Shown here: piece after piece, positions 50,509 through 54,843 of the stretch
Position numbering within the stretch: the first letter of the stretch is position 1
Layout: every line of letters begins with the position of its first letter
Assembly (NCBI GenBank): GCA_006227105.1
Contig: SBFR01000200.1
Coordinates: 1-54,843 of the forward strand
Direction: 5' to 3'
From: Bacteroidota bacterium
GTDB lineage: Bacteria; Bacteroidota; Bacteroidia; Flavobacteriales_D; Crocinitomicaceae
Length of the DNA stretch: 54,843 nucleotides
Position numbers and translations under genes: made by a program
The notes under the pieces: generated by a model
Seen by the model: only the letters and a program-made list of their open reading frames with translations
Told to the model about the DNA's origin: nothing
The model's database searches: none

Positions 50509-52638
50509 ATGAAAATTTTCAAAGTAAGCTTTTTATCTGCAGTGATCCTTTTTAGTGGATTTGTAAGAGCAGATGAAGGAATGTGGCTGCCGTTCATGTT
50601 AGGCAGAAACTATAAGGACATGAAAAAACATGGATTAAAGTTGAGCAAAGAACAGCTTTATTCGATCAATAAATCCTCTTTAAAAGACGCCGTGATCTCT
50701 TTCGGTGGATTTTGTACTGGAGAAGTTATCTCAGGACAAGGTTTAGTATTAACAAACCATCACTGTGGATACGATGCAATTGCAGGCACTTCAACTCCAG
50801 AGCACAATTACTTGGACAATGGATTTTGGGCAAAGTCGAATAAGGATGAAATCGCAGTTCCAGGTTTGACAGCAACATTCATGATCCGTATGGAAGATGT
50901 TACTGAAACGATTGCGAAGGAATTGAAATCAGACATGACTACAGAACAGCGCAATGCGAAGATCAGAGAGATCTCTGCTATTCTTGAAAAAGACGCTGTA
51001 AATGGTACTCATTACGAAGCATTCGTTCGTGATTTTTACGATGGAAATGAATTCTATCTATTCGTGAAAGAAACATTCAAAGATGTTCGCCTTGTAGGTA
51101 CACCACCACAATCTGCAGGTAAATTTGGTGGAGACACCGATAACTGGATGTGGCCAAGACACACAGCGGATTTCTCAATGTTCAGAATTTATTCTGGAAC
51201 AGATAACAAGCCAGCGGACTATGCTGAGACAAACATCCCTTACACTCCAAAGCACTCTCTTCCTGTTTCTATTAAAGGAGTAAAAGAAAACGACTATGCA
51301 ATGGTAATGGGGTTCCCTGGAAGAACAAACAGATACCTTACCTCATTCGGTGTTGAGCAGGCAATCGCAATTGAACAACCTAAAATTGTTGATGTTCGTG
51401 CGAAGAAACTGGAGATCATGAAAAAGTACATGGATCAGGATGTTTCGGTTCGCTTGAACTATTCATCGAAGTATGCTCAAGTAGCGAATTACTGGAAATA
51501 CTTCATTGGACAAACTGCTCAGTTAAAAGCCAATAAGGTCGCTGATAAGAAGAGAGTACTTGAAAGCCAGTTTTTAGAGTATGCAAAAGGAAAGGCTGAA
51601 TACGACAATGTTTTGACGGATATTAAAAACTCGTTCGAAGCAACAAATAATATTGTTTATATCAAGGTATACCAATCAGAGTTTGTTCGTCAGGTAGATA
51701 TCAACCTTATTGCCTATTTGTATAAGTTAGCAGCTGATTCTGAAACTGCGGGAAATGAGAATCGTGCAAAAATGCTTCGTGGAATGGCTGCCGGAAGAGC
51801 TGAAGAGCTATTCAAGGAAAGAAACATGAACATTGAAATTGAAACGCTTGAGGCTGTACTTGCAATGTACATAAGAGATGTTCCTGCTGATCAGCAAGGA
51901 AGTCTTACTAAGGAAATTGGCGCTAAAGGAGTAAGCGGATATATTCAGGACATCAAGAATCACTCTGTTTTCACAGATGCAAAAAGATTCGAAGAATTCA
52001 TTGCAAAAAATGATTTCTCAATTTTAGAAAACGATGGTTTGTTCAAATTGATCAAAGACCTTGATGATGCATACAATCTAGCTACATCAACTGATGCTGT
52101 AAAAGAAGCAGGAGAAAAATTGACTCGTGGAAACAGACTGTTTGTAAAAGGAGTTAGAGAAATGCAGCCTAACAAGATCTTCTATCCCAATGCAAACTCT
52201 ACTATGCGATTAACCTATGGAAATGTTTTACCATATGATCCGAAGGATGGAGTTACCTATCATTATACAACCACTTTGGAAGGTGTAATGCAAAAAGAAG
52301 ATCCATCAAATCCAGAATTTGTGGTTGACGCGAGAATCAAAGAACTTTATCAGAAAAAAGATTACGGTCAATATGCAGATAAAAACGGAGACCTCGTGGT
52401 TAACTTCCTAACAAACAATGATATCACTGGAGGTAACTCGGGTTCACCGGTGATCAACGCAAAAGGTCAGCTGATCGGAACTGCTTTTGACGGAAACTGG
52501 GAGGCAATGTCAGGAGACATCTATTTTGAACCAAATATCCAACGTACAATCGTTTGTGACATTCGATATGTTCTTTGGTTGGTCGACAAGTGCTACGGCG
52601 CGACTCACTTGGTCAACGAAATGAATATCATCAAATAA
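50509..52638 (+). CDS. S46 family dipeptidyl peptidase (DPP7-like)
   Basis: DEGMWLP, TNHHC, DNWMWPRHTADFS, DITGGNSGSP, FDGNWE. Confidence 0.94.
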   Translation: MKIFKVSFLSAVILFSGFVRADEGMWLPFMLGRNYKDMKKHGLKLSKEQLYSINKSSLKDAVISFGGFCTGEVISGQGLVLTNHHCGYDAIAGTSTPEHNYLDNGFWAKSNKDEIAVPGLTATFMIRMEDVTETIAKELKSDMTTEQRNAKIREISAILEKDAVNGTHYEAFVRDFYDGNEFYLFVKETFKDVRLVGTPPQSAGKFGGDTDNWMWPRHTADFSMFRIYSGTDNKPADYAETNIPYTPKHSLPVSIKGVKENDYAMVMGFPGRTNRYLTSFGVEQAIAIEQPKIVDVRAKKLEIMKKYMDQDVSVRLNYSSKYAQVANYWKYFIGQTAQLKANKVADKKRVLESQFLEYAKGKAEYDNVLTDIKNSFEATNNIVYIKVYQSEFVRQVDINLIAYLYKLAADSETAGNENRAKMLRGMAAGRAEELFKERNMNIEIETLEAVLAMYIRDVPADQQGSLTKEIGAKGVSGYIQDIKNHSVFTDAKRFEEFIAKNDFSILENDGLFKLIKDLDDAYNLATSTDAVKEAGEKLTRGNRLFVKGVREMQPNKIFYPNANSTMRLTYGNVLPYDPKDGVTYHYTTTLEGVMQKEDPSNPEFVVDARIKELYQKKDYGQYADKNGDLVVNFLTNNDITGGNSGSPVINAKGQLIGTAFDGNWEAMSGDIYFEPNIQRTIVCDIRYVLWLVDKCYGATHLVNEMNIIK

Positions 52639-52643
52639 AGCTG

Positions 52644-52671
52644 AATCCCTCCAATTGGAGGGATTTTTTTT
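52644..52671 (+). terminator. Intrinsic terminator
   Basis: AATCCCTCC-aatt-GGAGGGATT-T6. Confidence 0.87.
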
Positions 52672-52732
52672 ATCTCTTTCAGATGTAAATTTTTCTTAGT
52701 TTTAATTTTAAGAAATTAATTGAATCAACGTC

Positions 52733-53146
52733 ATGAATCCGATCATTAAAAATATTCTCGCAGTAATTGTAGCTCTTTTTGCAGGAGGTGCGGTAAACAT
52801 GGCAATCGTTACAATTTCAGGTTCAATTATTCCTCCACCCGAAGGAGCTGATGTTACCACAATGGAAGGGCTTAATGCTTCAATTCACCTTTTCGAAGCC
52901 AAACATTTTATCATGCCCTTTCTTGCTCATGCCATCGGCACATTTGTAGGAGCATTGATTGTTTCAATCCTTGCTGCGAACAATAAATTTAAATTCGCGA
53001 TCGGGATTTCAATCTTCAATTTCCTGGGAGGATTGATCATGGTACTAAGTTTGGCCGCACCTTTGTGGTTCGAACTAACAGATTTGATCTTTGCGTACAT
53101 CCCTATGGGGATATTGGCCAATCGATTGATTACAAGAAACAGGTAA
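52733..53146 (+). CDS. Hypothetical integral membrane protein
   Basis: About 4 hydrophobic helices; IPPPEGADVTTMEGL, HFIMPFLAHAIGT, PLWF..DL..AYIPM. Confidence 0.8.
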   Translation: MNPIIKNILAVIVALFAGGAVNMAIVTISGSIIPPPEGADVTTMEGLNASIHLFEAKHFIMPFLAHAIGTFVGALIVSILAANNKFKFAIGISIFNFLGGLIMVLSLAAPLWFELTDLIFAYIPMGILANRLITRNR

Positions 53147-53147
53147 T

Positions 53148-54227
53148 CTAATTCAGCAATGAAAGTTTGCCATTCATATAGTTAAAGCTACTCACGAGCT
53201 CCGCTTCTTCAAAAACGGTATCAATTTCGCATTCCCCTATCGACCTGATCAAAATTCCTTTTATGGAACCTTCATTGTTCTTTTTATCATTTCTGGCGAA
53301 TTGGATTAACTCGTTGTAATGATCAGGATCAAGATACACCATATTGAATTTTTCAAGAATTGTTTTTTCAATAGCTCTAAAATCCTCCGTGCTTAGCACA
53401 TTTCGTTTATGAGAAATAAACGATTCAAGCCACAACCCTATTGCAACTGCATGACCATGTCCAATTGGAGATTTATCCAATAGGTACCCTTCGATTGAAT
53501 GACCAATTGTATGGCCGAAATTTAAAAGCTTTCTGCTATTCTTCTCATAAGGATCTTTCTCTACCAAATTTATTTTGACCTCCATCGAGGTCATTATCAA
53601 TTCTTCATTCAGGAGATCTTCAACATCAACAACCTTGACCAACTCAGACCAATGTGTTCGGCTGCTTATCAATGCGTGCTTCAACATTTCTGCATAACCA
53701 TTCCATAATTCTTCTTCAGGAAGTGAATTCAAAAAAGAGATGTCTACATAGATACTTTTGGGATCTGTAAAAGTCCCTAGCAAATTTTTATAACCTCCCA
53801 TGTCTATTCCTGTTTTTCCGCCTATTGAAGCATCAACCATACCCAGCAAGGAAGTAGGAACATTAATAAATGGTACTCCCCTTTTAAAGACAGAAGCAAT
53901 GAATCCACCCATATCAGTTATAACACCACCTCCTAGGTTGATAACGACGTCATTTCGGGTTATTTCGTATTCCCGAAGGGCCTCCCAGATCTGATAGCAA
54001 ACTTCCAGGACTTTATTCTCTTCACCGTTCGGGATCAGCATGATCTCAGCATCAGCCAGCTCAGGAAAGGAAGTGATCATAAATTCTAAACAAAAATCAT
54101 GGGTATTCTCGTCTACGATCACCACCTTTTTTGAATTTGGGAAGTTTTCATTCAAATACTGCTCAAAACTCCCAGAGACAATTGGTCCAATCTCAATAGG
54201 TGTTTGTTTATAAGATAGCTTTTTCAT
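53148..54227 (-). CDS. aroB: 3-dehydroquinate synthase
   Basis: GEENK, LGGGVITDMGGF, PTSLLGMVDASIGGKTG, LNFGHTIGHSIE, HGHAVAIG, NDKK; ATG 54227 preferred. Confidence 0.95.
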   Translation of the reverse strand: MKKLSYKQTPIEIGPIVSGSFEQYLNENFPNSKKVVIVDENTHDFCLEFMITSFPELADAEIMLIPNGEENKVLEVCYQIWEALREYEITRNDVVINLGGGVITDMGGFIASVFKRGVPFINVPTSLLGMVDASIGGKTGIDMGGYKNLLGTFTDPKSIYVDISFLNSLPEEELWNGYAEMLKHALISSRTHWSELVKVVDVEDLLNEELIMTSMEVKINLVEKDPYEKNSRKLLNFGHTIGHSIEGYLLDKSPIGHGHAVAIGLWLESFISHKRNVLSTEDFRAIEKTILEKFNMVYLDPDHYNELIQFARNDKKNNEGSIKGILIRSIGECEIDTVFEEAELVSSFNYMNGKLSLLN

Positions 54228-54313
54228 CAGGTTTCCAAGAAAGTGATAAACAAAAATAGACAAACATGTAAGGTAGTGAAACGTAGTGAAAGAAAAGAAA
54301 TTAATTTAGCACT

Positions 54314-54843
54314 ATGATTTCATTTGAAAACACCGAAATAGCATTTCAAAGTAAGTCCGACAAAGATCTAAATAGAGCTTACTGGCTCTTTAAGGTTGTG
54401 GCCAGTAAATCAATGGTAAAATTCGGGAAACTGGGCGTTAAAGTTGCATTTGCTACTCATTTGCCAATTAATGGAATAATTAAAAAAACCATTTTCAAGC
54501 AATTTTGCGGAGGTGAATCCATTTTAGATTGCGCTTCTACAATTCAGCATTTGAATGATTTTAATATTGGAACCATCCTTGATTATTCAGTAGAAGGAAA
54601 AACTTCGGCGGAGGACTTTGAGGCCACTACCAATGAGATCATCAAAACCATCGAGGCGGGTAAAAATAATCCGGCAATTCCATTTGCCGTTTTTAAAGTC
54701 ACAGGGATATCAAGATTTGGAATTCTGGAAGCTGCTAATGCTGGAATCGAGTCGTTGACAGAATCAGAATCGAAAGAATATAATGAGGTGGTTGAGAGGA
54801 TCAATAGAATCTGTAAACATGCGTTTGAATCAGATGTTCCGGT
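54314..54843 (+). CDS. Proline dehydrogenase (monofunctional type), runs off window end
   Basis: Not in ORF track. MISFENTEIAFQSKSDKDLNRAYWLF...IKKTIFKQFCGGE...TILDYSVEGK...FAVFKVTG. Confidence 0.9.
   Translation, partial: MISFENTEIAFQSKSDKDLNRAYWLFKVVASKSMVKFGKLGVKVAFATHLPINGIIKKTIFKQFCGGESILDCASTIQHLNDFNIGTILDYSVEGKTSAEDFEATTNEIIKTIEAGKNNPAIPFAVFKVTGISRFGILEAANAGIESLTESESKEYNEVVERINRICKHAFESDVP

Overview
AT-rich Bacteroidota (Flavobacteriales-like, inferred from gene content and TAnnTTTG promoters) core-genome segment with about 47 densely packed CDS. I see no rRNA, tRNA, CRISPR, transposase, integrase or phage genes. Content includes housekeeping and cofactor genes (queE, maf, hemE, ung, lolA, gdhA, icmF, bshC, dnaX, rarA, aroB, proline dehydrogenase) and envelope or T9SS-related proteins (PorE-like TPR/PD40/OmpA protein, a type-B-CTD adhesin, two TonB-dependent receptors, a PorV/FadL-like barrel paired with an HhH protein). 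It also carries glycan and peptide hydrolases (GH20, GH92, ROK kinase, S46 peptidase). The strongest sequence-level signal is a split dnaX: the zero frame stops just after an A10 run (gamma, 371 aa), while the -1 frame runs on to give a 577-aa tau, implying recoding or a homopolymer error. Also notable are many genes whose -7 promoter box lies only 3-6 nt before the ATG (apparently leaderless mRNAs), a GPP-ending leader ORF before a TonB receptor, and an apparent GATC excess. All family calls are by-eye motif recognition; no database searches were run.
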